The notes beneath the pieces are model-generated. The model was not told the DNA's origin, ran no database searches, and was given only the letters and a program-made list of their open reading frames with translations. Shown here one piece after another: positions 1 to 9,942 of a DNA stretch of 64,000 nt. A program made the translations under genes and the position numbers. The stretch's first letter is position 1. Each line of letters starts with the position of its first letter. The stretch comes from Candidatus Bathyarchaeota archaeon (GTDB lineage: Archaea > Thermoproteota > Bathyarchaeia > Bathyarchaeales > Bathycorpusculaceae), in the NCBI GenBank assembly GCA_963707955.1, contig OY970176.1, positions 1,344,001 to 1,408,000 of the forward strand. The letters are read 5' to 3'.

Positions 1-2
1 AG

Positions 3-308
3 ATCAGAAAATATCTGGCAGATCTAGAACTGCTCACTTATGAGCGGGGAACAACGAACCCTCATACGTTTGCCCTGGACGAGATTGACCACAAGATAGT
101 TGATTACTTGTTGCATTACAAGGGCGCCACCACGCCTGAACTGGCAGAGTACTTGAAAACAAACAGGTGGCTCGTCCTCAACAGGCTGAGAAGAATGCAG
201 AAGACTTCCAGAAAACAGCTTGGAAAACACATAATAGAATACTATCCTGGAGAAAAATCTGGGAAAAAGAAGGCCTGGTGGATAAACGAAGAACTAGTTG
301 AAACGTAA
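3..308 (+). CDS. Winged-helix DNA-binding protein, 5'-truncated by the window edge
   Basis: Frame is open from base 3: IRKYLADLELL...LDEIDHKIVDYLLHYKGATTPELAEYLKTNRWLVLNRLRRM, a wHTH pattern. Confidence 0.6.
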   Translation: MRKYLADLELLTYERGTTNPHTFALDEIDHKIVDYLLHYKGATTPELAEYLKTNRWLVLNRLRRMQKTSRKQLGKHIIEYYPGEKSGKKKAWWINEELVET

Positions 309-356
309 TCCGACATAGCAAGAATTAATTTCTTTCTACGCTTCACTGTATTCTGA

Positions 357-475
357 GGGCCCGTAGCCCAGTCTGGATTAAGGCGTCGAATCAAGACAAA
401 AGATGCGCAAGCCTCCGGGCACGACAGATGGAAGAAAACCGGAGAACAGGGGTTCAAATCCCCTCGGGCCCGCCA
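357..475 (+). tRNA. tRNA-Arg(CCG) with two apparent introns
   Basis: Acceptor GGGCCCG/CGGGCCC plus GCCA, D-arm GCCCAGTCTGGATTAAGGC, T-arm AGGGGTTCAAATCCCCT, CT-CCG-G with anticodon at 415-417. The gene is 119 nt, with extra sequence on both sides of the anticodon loop. Confidence 0.85.
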
Positions 476-477
476 CC

Positions 478-1038
478 CTATCGATACTGTGCGAGCCTTT
501 TCAACGCGCACTTTCCTAGATTATCTTCACCTATCTTGAAAGTCTCAGGCTCCTCCTTCTTCAGTATGGCTCTGAGAGCTTCAGAATCAAGCTCGCTAAC
601 AAGTTTAGATATCTCTTTCTTCGCTGAGTCAACATGCCTTTGCAGTAACACCTTGTCCAAATACACGCGTCCAGCGAGAGAGCATATCTTATCCATCTTT
701 ATGAACCATTCAATCTTTGAAGCTTCTGCTTTTATGTCGAAGGTTATCGGTCCGGCGACGCATGTTTCAGGTTTCACAGGATGAATGAGACACTTCTTCG
801 TCTTCTTATCGTGAAACACACAGTACCCATCTGCGGCCAATCGTGGAAAAACGTATTCTGCCTCGACAAATGGCTTCTCGACGCTAATCTTTTTCGCTCT
901 GAGATAAGCCTCTATGATTTTCCTGCGTTTGTCTGTCACCGGAGGCGTCGTCTCATGGCAACAGCTCCAACCGGTCCTGCATCGACTGCACGTATCGAAA
1001 AAATCGGTCTGCCTCTTGCTTTCAGTTCTTGAAGACAT
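478..1038 (-). CDS. YkgJ-family cysteine-cluster (putative Fe-S/Zn) protein
   Basis: CSRCRTGWSCC, GYCVFHD..KKCLIHPVKPETCVAGP motifs. ATG at 1038 chosen because the upstream extension overlaps a pseudogene. Confidence 0.8.
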   Translation of the reverse strand: MSSRTESKRQTDFFDTCSRCRTGWSCCHETTPPVTDKRRKIIEAYLRAKKISVEKPFVEAEYVFPRLAADGYCVFHDKKTKKCLIHPVKPETCVAGPITFDIKAEASKIEWFIKMDKICSLAGRVYLDKVLLQRHVDSAKKEISKLVSELDSEALRAILKKEEPETFKIGEDNLGKCALKRLAQYR

Positions 1039-1320
1039 AGAGTTTCTCCGTCGCTGCCTTTCGGAAGTAGATTTGATTGTCAATAAGACTTTCTGCAAGT
1101 TTTGAATAAACATTGAGTATGGCTTCCCTGAAGTCTGCTTTCTGCCCTCTCACCTGGACCCTCTCCCGCACGATTTCTGACAAGTTCCCTTTTGTGACCC
1201 TTTTCTGTATTATTGACAGGTAATTCTTCTCCTCTTCAGACACATTTTCGAAAGCAATTTTCAAAAGAGACAGAGAGACTTCGCTCTGGCCCCAGTACTT
1301 CTAGGGTTTTGTACGTAGGT
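1022..1320 (-). pseudogene. Internally deleted glutamate-cysteine-ligase-like (GCS2-family) remnant
   Basis: N-terminal-like YKTLEVLGPE (~1285-1314) is joined out of frame to a C-terminal-like helix (LKIAFENVSEEEKNYLSIIQKRVTKGNLSE...YSKLAESLIDNQIYF). It is divergent from RLAN/RimK genes, a context where this family occurs. Family assignment is from memory. Confidence 0.5.
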
Positions 1321-1426
1321 TTCCGCCTGTGTTTAGTCGTTGGTCAAAATTTGATATAAACGGAGTAGTTAGTCTTAAATATAGCAGCTGCAATACGGAA
1401 CCTTTCAGTTACCTGGTGTCAAATGG

Positions 1427-2120
1427 GTGCTGGTCGTCTCTAACATCGACCTAACGACAGATCTGCCAACGATGAAGCCAGTCTGCGTTCCTCAAATCGT
1501 CGATAAAAGATTTTACTCTCAACCTCAACACAGACTACCGCTACTTGAAAACGGCCTACTACGTATCAATGCACGCAGAGGTTTTGGGCAATCCGGTGAT
1601 TCCTTCAACGGAAAGCATAATTGACGCCAGCAGAACGCCGATTTTACTGCTTAAAGCTTCAAAGGCTGGAATTCCTACTCTGCCCTATTTGATGGCAAGT
1701 TCTGTGAAACAAATAACATCTCAGTTCGCTTTTCCAGTTGTCGTCTTCGCGGTCAACCCGTTCTCCTACGAAGGCTACAAAACCGCTGGAAACAGAAGCG
1801 CCCTATACAGATCCGTTAAGAGTCTAAGCATGAACTACAAGTTCGCCGTTTGTGTGCAGCCGCTGAAGGGTGAGATGCTTTCGTTCAAATCTATCTTTGG
1901 AAAATGTGAGCATACGGCAGAAGTTGCAAAGATTTCGGAGAAGATCTATGAAACTTTCAAGATCCCCATGTGCAAACTTCACGTTCAAACCATTGAAGGC
2001 AAAGCCTACCTGTGTGGGCTTCAGCCTCTAAGAATTGAGGAGATTTTCCCATCTGATTTGGAAACGGTTTCGACAGAGGTTTTTCGGATGTCGAACAAGG
2101 GTGAACACCTAGTTGGCTAG
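1427..2120 (+). CDS. RimK-like ATP-grasp N-terminal (RLAN) domain protein, frameshift near 1505-1508
   Basis: Removing one A from AAAA at 1505-1508 joins MLVVSN...IVD to FTLNLNTDYRYLKTAYYVSMHAEVLGNPVIPS (RLAN motif). Confidence 0.7.
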
Positions 2121-2991
2121 GATAGCCTGTTTCGTCGAGAAATACAACTTCTCTGATCTGAGGGAAACACGGGCCCTAGAAAATTTCAAGCGCACAGCAG
2201 AGGAAAAGGGACACGCGTTCGACTTCATGTTCAGAGAAGGCATCTCAGAAATCCCGAAGTACGACGCGGTTTTCATAAGGGCGACGACGGACCCTCTTTT
2301 CACGGCCTACGTGGTTTCGAAAACAGCGTGGGAGCTAGGTCTGAAGGTTGTCGACGACCCTGAATCGATACAGATCTGCGGGAACAAAATCCACCTGTAC
2401 GACCTTTTCGAAAAGCACAACATACCAACTATCCCAACACTCTTCCTGAACAAGAATGAGATGCATCACAAACGGTTCTTGGAGATCTTTGAAAACCTTG
2501 GAAAACCAGTAGTCGTGAAAGCGCCATACACGAGCTTCTCAAGATACGTGGAAAAAGTTGCCTGCGAAACAAGCTTCCGCGACGTGGCCAGAAGATTCTT
2601 CAGAAAATCCGACCTTCTCGCCGTCCAAACGTTCATGCCTACCTCTTTCGATTGGAGAGTCGGAGTCCTGAATCGCGAAGTCCTGTACGTGTGCAAGTAC
2701 ATGATGCCTAAGGGCAGATGGAAGCATGGTGCCAAACGCAGAGGAAAGCCAACCTTTGTCTGGGGCAGGACGTTCTCGCTTAGAAGAGAAAACGCGCCCA
2801 CAGCGCTTAAGGAACTGGCTTTAAAGGCTTGCGAAGTGATCGGACACGGACTCTACGGGGTGGACATCAAAGAAGCTGACGGCAAATACGTGGTAGTTGA
2901 GGTTAACGACAACCCGAGCATCTACGCCGGCTACGAAGACTGCAGAAACAAGGACCTGTACGGAAAAATCATAGACTATCTAGTTGACTAG
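2113..2991 (+). CDS. RimK-family ATP-grasp ligase
   Basis: YDAVFIRAT, NKIHLY, PVVVKAP, DWRVGVL, YGVDIKE, VEVNDNP ATP-grasp motifs. Confidence 0.9.
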   Translation: MARIACFVEKYNFSDLRETRALENFKRTAEEKGHAFDFMFREGISEIPKYDAVFIRATTDPLFTAYVVSKTAWELGLKVVDDPESIQICGNKIHLYDLFEKHNIPTIPTLFLNKNEMHHKRFLEIFENLGKPVVVKAPYTSFSRYVEKVACETSFRDVARRFFRKSDLLAVQTFMPTSFDWRVGVLNREVLYVCKYMMPKGRWKHGAKRRGKPTFVWGRTFSLRRENAPTALKELALKACEVIGHGLYGVDIKEADGKYVVVEVNDNPSIYAGYEDCRNKDLYGKIIDYLVD

Positions 2992-3072
2992 CCCTCGTTT
3001 CCATCAAAACATTCACTCAGGACGCGATTGTTTTATAAAAAGCTGAACTTACATGCATATTGAAGTGATACG

Positions 3073-4008
3073 ATGGTTCACGTTGCAGTTGCCGGAACAG
3101 GCCGTGTAGGCGGCCAAGTAGCTTTCACCCTGATCTTCGAAAGATACGTGACTCAACTGTCACTCGTTGACACTGCGCCAAGAGTTGCGGAGATGACGAA
3201 AGAAGAGATGCATCACGCAATCGCGAGCCACGGCTTTGACGTGGAGATCAACGTCTACGAAAACAGCAAGTCAGTTGAAGATGCAGACTTAATAGTCATA
3301 GCTGCTGGGTTTCCTAGAACGCCAGAAATGAGCAGAAGAGACCTGGCAGCAAAAAACGCGGCGGCTGTGCAGCAAACAGTAGCGGACACCGTTGACAACA
3401 ACCCTGACGCGTGGTACTTTGTGATAACCAACCCTGTTGACGCAATGACCACTCTGGCCAACAAAACCGCACGAGGCAAAAGGCCCATTATAGGAACGGG
3501 CACAAACCTTGAAACTTCAAGGTTCAGAACCATTCTATGCCGAGAACTGAAAGTCCCAATAGGCACCGTTGAAGCCTATACGGGCGGCGAACACGGAGAA
3601 GCAGCAGTCCTACTGTGGAGCACAGTCAAAATCAACGGGCTACAGTTAGACGAGTATTTGAAGAAAACGGGAAAGAAGCTTGACAGAGGAATCTGTGAGA
3701 ACTACGTGAAAGAGGTAAGCCGACAGGTCATAACTTTTCTGGGCGGAACAAGGTATGGCCCAGCAGGCTCTTTCATAGAAATAATCCGGGGAATTCTGCT
3801 GAACACGGGGAAAGTCATAAGCTACTCCAGGCCGACAAAGTTTGAGACGACGCCTGAGCTGGTTTACGTCACGGTGCCGGCACGAATCGCAAAGTCTCTT
3901 GGACCCGACCTGTGGGACCTGCTCGCTAAATCAGAGCAAGAAGCCATCAAAGAAGCTGCTGGAATAATCTACAAGACCTACTGCGAAGCTGTTGGAGGAA
4001 AGAGCTGA
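3073..4008 (+). CDS. mdh: LDH-like malate dehydrogenase
   Basis: GTGRVG Rossmann motif, AGFPRTPEMSRRDL (Arg at the substrate-specificity position indicates MDH), TNPVD, GEHGE. Confidence 0.8.
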   Translation: MVHVAVAGTGRVGGQVAFTLIFERYVTQLSLVDTAPRVAEMTKEEMHHAIASHGFDVEINVYENSKSVEDADLIVIAAGFPRTPEMSRRDLAAKNAAAVQQTVADTVDNNPDAWYFVITNPVDAMTTLANKTARGKRPIIGTGTNLETSRFRTILCRELKVPIGTVEAYTGGEHGEAAVLLWSTVKINGLQLDEYLKKTGKKLDRGICENYVKEVSRQVITFLGGTRYGPAGSFIEIIRGILLNTGKVISYSRPTKFETTPELVYVTVPARIAKSLGPDLWDLLAKSEQEAIKEAAGIIYKTYCEAVGGKS

Positions 4009-4010
4009 CC

Positions 4011-4958
4011 TTGAGAGAAGCTGTTGAAGACTACGCTTTCTCTGAAAAAATGAGTGTTGACGAGCTTGTCTCGCAGATGGAAAAAGCCTGGGGGTTCACA
4101 GCTGGAAAGTTGGCCGTCGGCCTGAGGATCATGGAAAGGATGGTTGAAGACAAGAAATGTGTAAAATTCCTTTCCTTCACTGGAAACCTAGTGGCCACGG
4201 GAACAAGAGGCGCCCTCAAGGAGCTTGTGAAAAGAAAGCTCGTTGATGTTGTCGTCACGACCTGTGGAACCGTTGACCATGACGTGGCGAGGTGCTGGAA
4301 GAACTATTACAGAGGCTCGTTTCTTATGAGTGACGCAAGGCTTCATGGAGAAGAGATAAACCGATTAGGCAACGTTCTCGTCCCAAATGAAAGCTACGGC
4401 ATGATAATCGAAGAAAAGATGCGGCTCCTGCTTCAAAGCTTGTGGCAAAAAGGAATCAAAGAGTGCTCATCGGGCCAACTTTGCCGAGAAATAGGAAAGA
4501 GCATATGCAATGAGAGTTCCATCCTCTACTGGGCCGCAGAGAACAAGATACCCGTCTACGTGCCAGGCATCACAGACGGAGCCGTTGGATACCAAATGTG
4601 GCTTTTCTCACAGGACCATGACTTCAGACTCAACCCTTTAAAAGACTCTGGAGAGTTGAACGAGATTGTTTTTGAAGCGAAGAAAAGTGGCGCTTTGCTT
4701 GTAGGCGGTGGAATATCAAAGCACCACACGTTGTGGTGGAACCAGTTCAAAGGTGGTTTAGACTACGCGGTGTACATCAGCACCGCTGATGAATGGGACG
4801 GCAACCTATCCGGCGCCAGACCGCGAGAGGCAGTGTCGTGGGGAAAAATAAGCGAAAAAGCAAAGAAGACGATGATTGAAGGCGACGCTTCCCTGATTCT
4901 GCCGTTGATGGTGAGTGCACTCATAACAAGAATCGGAAAGGCTAGGAGACGCCGCTGA
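4011..4958 (+). CDS. dys: Deoxyhypusine synthase (canonical archaeal type)
   Basis: SFTGNLVATG, INRLGNV, GGGISKHH, LSGARPREAVSWGK. Confidence 0.9.
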   Translation: MREAVEDYAFSEKMSVDELVSQMEKAWGFTAGKLAVGLRIMERMVEDKKCVKFLSFTGNLVATGTRGALKELVKRKLVDVVVTTCGTVDHDVARCWKNYYRGSFLMSDARLHGEEINRLGNVLVPNESYGMIIEEKMRLLLQSLWQKGIKECSSGQLCREIGKSICNESSILYWAAENKIPVYVPGITDGAVGYQMWLFSQDHDFRLNPLKDSGELNEIVFEAKKSGALLVGGGISKHHTLWWNQFKGGLDYAVYISTADEWDGNLSGARPREAVSWGKISEKAKKTMIEGDASLILPLMVSALITRIGKARRRR

Positions 4959-6003
4959 AGAGCCACGACATGTCTGGGGCTTTCCTCTTCGTCTTAACTC
5001 TCTCGCAAAGCGCATGCGTAATCAGAGGTAAGGCTATCGTCGCATCGCAGTAGCACACTGCCCTCTTTCCGCCCTCGTCGATTTTTCCCCAGCTTATCGC
5101 CTCTTCTAAGGTGCACCCTGACAAGCCGCCCCACTGAGGCGAGTCCGAAGTGATCTGAATCGCGTACTTGTGCGGGTAGTAGTACTCCTTCAGGCCTTTG
5201 CGAAGATGACCCCTCCTTCCTGGCACTCCTTCGTCCAATGTTTTAGGCGAGACAGATATGGCAATGAGCTGCGTGAAGTCTTTCGGCACGCCGCCGCCTA
5301 TGTAGACGACGCCGACTTCCTTGGTTTTCTCTCCTATTCCTACGAACTGGTCGAAATCCTTCACCTGGTCCAGCACGACCGGGTGTCCCGCGTTCTTTGC
5401 CATGATGAATGCTTCCCCGTAAGCACTATCAGTTATTGCTGGACAGAACACCGGAACCTTGTTCTCCGCCGCTGTAGCGGCTATGCTCTTCACTCCTTTC
5501 TTGCTCAAGTATTTGCCGAAAACGTAGAGAAGCTCCGCTGAAGTGTACACATAGTCCTTCTTCAACTTCATGAGGCCCTCAGTCATGAGTAACTCCATCT
5601 CGCGATAGTCCGTTTCTTTCCCGAAAACGTCGTAATACCTGTTCACATCAGCTTTCAGAAGCTCCTCATCATTAACATGTTGAGAACCTTGCCAATAACC
5701 GAAGCCCATGGCATCTACGATGTCCTCTGAGACGTTCGCACCTGTTGAAACAAGAACGTCAATGTAGCGGTTCTCTATCAGCCAGTTGACGATCTTCCAC
5801 TGGCCCGCAGTGCTCATCGAGCCCGCAAAACCCATTATGATCGTGAGCTCTTTTTCTTTCAGCATGGCTTCCCAAACGTCGACAGCTTCTCCAAGCTTTC
5901 TACCCTGATAGGCCGTCTTGCCCATCTCGGCCAGAAGCTGGGAAACACTCTTTTTGCCAACTTCAATGGACTGAACCTTCCTCTTGAAGTAAGATTCCTT
6001 CAT
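4942..6003 (-). CDS. Deoxyhypusine-synthase-like protein (possible homospermidine synthase)
   Basis: VSTGAN, NRYYDV, GGGVPKDF, GGLSGCTLEEAISWGK, CDATIALP. Convergent with dys, 17 bp overlap. Confidence 0.85.
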   Translation of the reverse strand: MKESYFKRKVQSIEVGKKSVSQLLAEMGKTAYQGRKLGEAVDVWEAMLKEKELTIIMGFAGSMSTAGQWKIVNWLIENRYIDVLVSTGANVSEDIVDAMGFGYWQGSQHVNDEELLKADVNRYYDVFGKETDYREMELLMTEGLMKLKKDYVYTSAELLYVFGKYLSKKGVKSIAATAAENKVPVFCPAITDSAYGEAFIMAKNAGHPVVLDQVKDFDQFVGIGEKTKEVGVVYIGGGVPKDFTQLIAISVSPKTLDEGVPGRRGHLRKGLKEYYYPHKYAIQITSDSPQWGGLSGCTLEEAISWGKIDEGGKRAVCYCDATIALPLITHALCERVKTKRKAPDMSWLFSGVS

Positions 6004-6196
6004 AACAGCGCCCCACTTCAGATTATTCGGCCTGTATATGAAAGTTTCTTTTGAGAAAAGATGGAGACTGACAGTGCGAAGGCAGCAGGTTGGATAAGAG
6101 CTTGTACTGACGCTGTGGTAATGATCGAGGCAGGAGCCAACAGCATAGGGACAAACTCGGCGACATCTGCGGTCAAACAGATATCAGCCTAGACTT

Positions 6197-8161
6197 TCAC
6201 ATTCTTTCGGGGGCCAACACACCGATTAGGTTCAATGCGTTCCGAAGCACTATCTTAACAGAGTCAGTTAAAGCAAGTCGTGCATCGCTGAGCCCTCTAG
6301 GCTTTGCGTTTATCACTGGAAAGCGCGCGCGTGCGCTGTAGAAGGTGTTGAAAGTGTCTGCTAAGCTGTTTGCAAAGTCGGCGATGAGGTTGGGTTTGAG
6401 GTACTCCGTTGCCTCTACGAACGTGTCTGGGAAACTGGCCAACCTGATTATCATTTCGCGCTCCAGATCTTCTTTCAGTTGCTCGTACGCTGGCTCCGCA
6501 GGTTCCCTAGCTGCTTTTCGCAAGATGCTGCAGGCTCGTGCGTGCGTGTACTGAATGTAGGGTGCGCTGTTTCTTTCAAAATTGAGGACGCGGTCCCAAG
6601 TAAACATTACTGGTTTCGAAGTGTCAACCTCGACGAGCGCGTAGCGCACCGCACCTGTTCCTACGAAGTCCGCGATCTTCTGTTTTTCTCCGTTCGAAAG
6701 TTGTGGAGAGCGCTTCGAAACCTCTTCGTACGCTCGTTTTACAGCTTCGTCCAAGACTTCGTCAAGAGTGATGTAACGCCCCCTGCGACTGGACATCTTG
6801 TAGCCTGGAAAAGTGACCAAGTTGTAGGCGAAGTGAACCAGACTGTCCGCGTACTTGCCGTAACCCAGAGCGTGCAGGGCTATTTTCAGCTGCAGCTGAG
6901 CAAGGCTCTGTTCCATGCCTATGACGTTGATAACTTTCTCGGCTTTTTCAAACTTGAGCAACGTGTAGGCAACGTCCCGCGTTGTGTAGAGCGTCGTACC
7001 GTCAGCGCGCACGAGAGTCAAAGATGGAATATCATGGCCCTCCCTTAAGCCGAGCCGCTGCCAGAGACCAAGTTCTCTGACGACTTCTTCAGCTTCGAAT
7101 TCCAGAACCCCGCCTTCAGCGTGAGTGAACCGAGACTTCTTGAGTTGCCGCAGAACCTCTTCAACTCGTCCGCTCCACATCAGGTCGCTTTCCCAATCCC
7201 AAGAATCTAAGACAACACCGATCTTACCCAACGTTTCCCTGAAGCCTTCTAGACACAGTTCGCTGACCGTCCTGACGAGGGTCCTGGCCTTTTTGTCCGC
7301 CGCCTCATACGCCTGATTGAGGATTTTTATCGCAGTCTCTGGGTTTTCGTCCTCGCCGATTCTCGTCAACAGCGTTTCGAAAAGTTCAGGATACCTGTCC
7401 TTCAGGTCTGCGGCGACGGCAATCCAGTCGTCCAGTTCCTTCGTGATTTTCAGGATTTCTTCGTCCGCAGCTACAGTTTTTGCGCGCTCAAGGTCTCTTT
7501 TCAGGCGGTTGATTTCGACGAAACAGCTCGTAATAGTGTAAATTTTGCCGATGTACTCATCTGGTTTCTCGTCTGGCTTCGGCTTGCCCAGTTTCTCGTA
7601 CCCGTAGGCGATGACTGACGATTGACGGCCGACATCGTCGATGTAAAAGTGACGATGGACCGTGTGTCCCCGAGACGTGAGCAACCGGGCAATGGTGTCC
7701 CCGAGCACCGGGTTTCGAGCCGTCCCAACCGTTATGGGGTGAAGAGGGTTGGCGCTCGTGTGCTCCACGATGATTTTAAGGGGCTTTTCGGTCTTGATGA
7801 AGCCATAGTCTGCGTCAAGATTTCTCACAGAGCTCAGAGCTACCTTTGAAAATCTGGTGAAGTCAACGTGGAAGTTTACGTAGCCTCCGCCGGCTGATGA
7901 GACTTTTTCGACGAGACTGAATCGCGATTTATCAATGGCTTTGACCAGATGCTCCGCCAAGTCAAGTGGTTCTTGACTCACTTTTTTGGCGAGCTCAAAG
8001 CACAGTGAAGAAGCCAGCTGCCCGTACTCGGGGTTCGGCGGTTTTTCCAAGGCCAAGTCTGTGATTTGAACTTCGGGAAGGAGCTTACTCAAGGCGTAGG
8101 CTAGGCTGGTTTCGCATTCTGAACGGAAAGCAGCGAACGGGTTCTCGACGATCTTGGACAC
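6197..8161 (-). CDS. argS: Arginyl-tRNA synthetase
   Basis: EHTSANP, RADGTTLYTTRD, KMSSRRG, PYIQYTHARACSILRKA, C-terminal PERM. Confidence 0.95.
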   Translation of the reverse strand: MSKIVENPFAAFRSECETSLAYALSKLLPEVQITDLALEKPPNPEYGQLASSLCFELAKKVSQEPLDLAEHLVKAIDKSRFSLVEKVSSAGGGYVNFHVDFTRFSKVALSSVRNLDADYGFIKTEKPLKIIVEHTSANPLHPITVGTARNPVLGDTIARLLTSRGHTVHRHFYIDDVGRQSSVIAYGYEKLGKPKPDEKPDEYIGKIYTITSCFVEINRLKRDLERAKTVAADEEILKITKELDDWIAVAADLKDRYPELFETLLTRIGEDENPETAIKILNQAYEAADKKARTLVRTVSELCLEGFRETLGKIGVVLDSWDWESDLMWSGRVEEVLRQLKKSRFTHAEGGVLEFEAEEVVRELGLWQRLGLREGHDIPSLTLVRADGTTLYTTRDVAYTLLKFEKAEKVINVIGMEQSLAQLQLKIALHALGYGKYADSLVHFAYNLVTFPGYKMSSRRGRYITLDEVLDEAVKRAYEEVSKRSPQLSNGEKQKIADFVGTGAVRYALVEVDTSKPVMFTWDRVLNFERNSAPYIQYTHARACSILRKAAREPAEPAYEQLKEDLEREMIIRLASFPDTFVEATEYLKPNLIADFANSLADTFNTFYSARARFPVINAKPRGLSDARLALTDSVKIVLRNALNLIGVLAPERM

Positions 8162-8241
8162 TTGTCAATGGCTCCACAATTCTCTAAGCTTTTAAGAGGT
8201 GAAGTGATATTTTAACTTGAGAAACGATCGTCAATTCTTAC

Positions 8242-9105
8242 ATGGACGCATTTGGTATGAAGACGAGAATAATCTTTTCAGAAAAGTGCTTGACGTACGG
8301 GTCCTGGCACACGGAAGGCCCAGAGAGGGTTCGAAAGGCTCACAGTATCCTGAAAGAGAAAGGCTACAGCTTCGTGACGCCCGAGCCCGCTGCAGAGGAA
8401 GATCTGCTGAAGGTTCATGATCACGAGTACCTCTGGATATTGAAGAAGGGGCTGGTTGAGGATGATGACACTCCGGCGTACGACAACATCTTCGAGCTCG
8501 CCAGGCTCTCAGCAGGCGGGGCAATCGTGGCTGCTAAGGTCAAAGGGTTCAGCATCATGCGTCCACCAGGCCATCATGCTGGGATAGGCGGCGCAGCGTT
8601 GGGCGCGGCCACGCGGGGGTTTTGCTACTTGAACAACGTTGCGATAGCTGTGAGGTATCTTGGTAAGCCCACTCTGATCTTGGACATTGACGGGCATCAC
8701 GGGAATGGAACGCAGGAAATCTTCTACGGAGACAGCATGGTCACGTATGTTTCTCTTCATCGGCATCCGAACTTTCCGGGAACAGGCACCGCCTCCGACA
8801 TGAACTGCCTCAACTTTCCACTTCCGCCTGAGTGTGGAGACACGGTTTATTTGAAGACTCTTGACAAGGCTTTGGGCACGGTGGACACGCGCAAGTTTGA
8901 AGCCGTGGCTGTTTCAGCAGGGTTTGACACTTACGCTGGAGACTTGGCTTCGCTTGGCTTGTCTGAGAAGGCGTACAGAGGGATTGGCGAAAGAATCGCG
9001 GCGTTGCAGAAGCCTACATTCTTCGTTTTGGAGGGCGGCTACTCAGGACAGCACGTTGGAACAGCCATAGACGAATTGTTAAGAGCCTACGAAGATGTCC
9101 GCTGA
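8242..9105 (+). CDS. Histone deacetylase / acetylpolyamine amidohydrolase family protein
   Basis: RPPGHHA, GFCYLNN, DIDGHHGNGTQ, SAGFD, LEGGY. Confidence 0.92.
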   Translation: MDAFGMKTRIIFSEKCLTYGSWHTEGPERVRKAHSILKEKGYSFVTPEPAAEEDLLKVHDHEYLWILKKGLVEDDDTPAYDNIFELARLSAGGAIVAAKVKGFSIMRPPGHHAGIGGAALGAATRGFCYLNNVAIAVRYLGKPTLILDIDGHHGNGTQEIFYGDSMVTYVSLHRHPNFPGTGTASDMNCLNFPLPPECGDTVYLKTLDKALGTVDTRKFEAVAVSAGFDTYAGDLASLGLSEKAYRGIGERIAALQKPTFFVLEGGYSGQHVGTAIDELLRAYEDVR

Positions 9106-9135
9106 ACTCAAGTCTACGTGAAGGCCAGCATTCGT

Positions 9136-9942
9136 TTACTTGATTAGTTTCTTTTTCATCTGGTTTATGCTTAAGAGGAAGAAAACGAGCGTGACAACGC
9201 CAATCCAAACTATGCTAAGGAGCATGGTTGGTTCGAAGTTTCCAAACATTAGCCCTCTGGCAAGGATCACGGTGTGCGTTAAGGGGAGAACTGCCTGTGC
9301 CAGAATCTGCATGAACTGGGGAAGGATTGTCAAAGGGAAGAAGGTTCCGCTCAGCAGGAACATCGGGGTTATGAACAGGAACCCTGGGTAGTTGAAGAAA
9401 TCTATGTTGGGCGCCAGCGCTGTGAAGCACATTGCTATCGCCGAAAACATCAACCCAGCGAAGAAAGCAAGGATGGGAATCAGCAGGACCAGTGCGCTTG
9501 AGACCAGTCCAAAGGCAGCTACGACGGCCAAGACTATGCTTGAACTGATCAGACTTCGGGTTGCGCCCCAGAACAGCTCGCCTGCTATGACTTCTTCAAT
9601 GTTTATTGGTGTGGTGATGATGGCGTCAAAGGTCTTCTGGTAATACATTCGGACAAACGAACCGTATGTACACTCGAAGAATGCAGAGTACATGATGGAG
9701 ATGGCCACCAAGGCTGGTGCGATGAATTTGACGTAAGAGTAACCTAGCTGTGCAGCCGACACGAAACTTCCCAGCCCGAAGCCCAAAGCAGCAAGGTAGA
9801 AGATGGGTTCAAGGAGAGGCGGGAAAAAGTTGACTTTGTACGTTTTCATGAACACGTCAAAGTTTCTGCGCCAAACCTTCCGTACTCTGTACGTCAACTC
9901 GGGCAGTTTGAAGCTTGAGGCAACGCGGCTGGACCTTTTCAT
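9136..9942 (-). CDS. ABC-2 type transporter permease (NodJ-like)
   Basis: Six hydrophobic segments, LSGTFFP, PLTH motifs. Confidence 0.9.
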   Translation of the reverse strand: MKRSSRVASSFKLPELTYRVRKVWRRNFDVFMKTYKVNFFPPLLEPIFYLAALGFGLGSFVSAAQLGYSYVKFIAPALVAISIMYSAFFECTYGSFVRMYYQKTFDAIITTPINIEEVIAGELFWGATRSLISSSIVLAVVAAFGLVSSALVLLIPILAFFAGLMFSAIAMCFTALAPNIDFFNYPGFLFITPMFLLSGTFFPLTILPQFMQILAQAVLPLTHTVILARGLMFGNFEPTMLLSIVWIGVVTLVFFLLSINQMKKKLIK

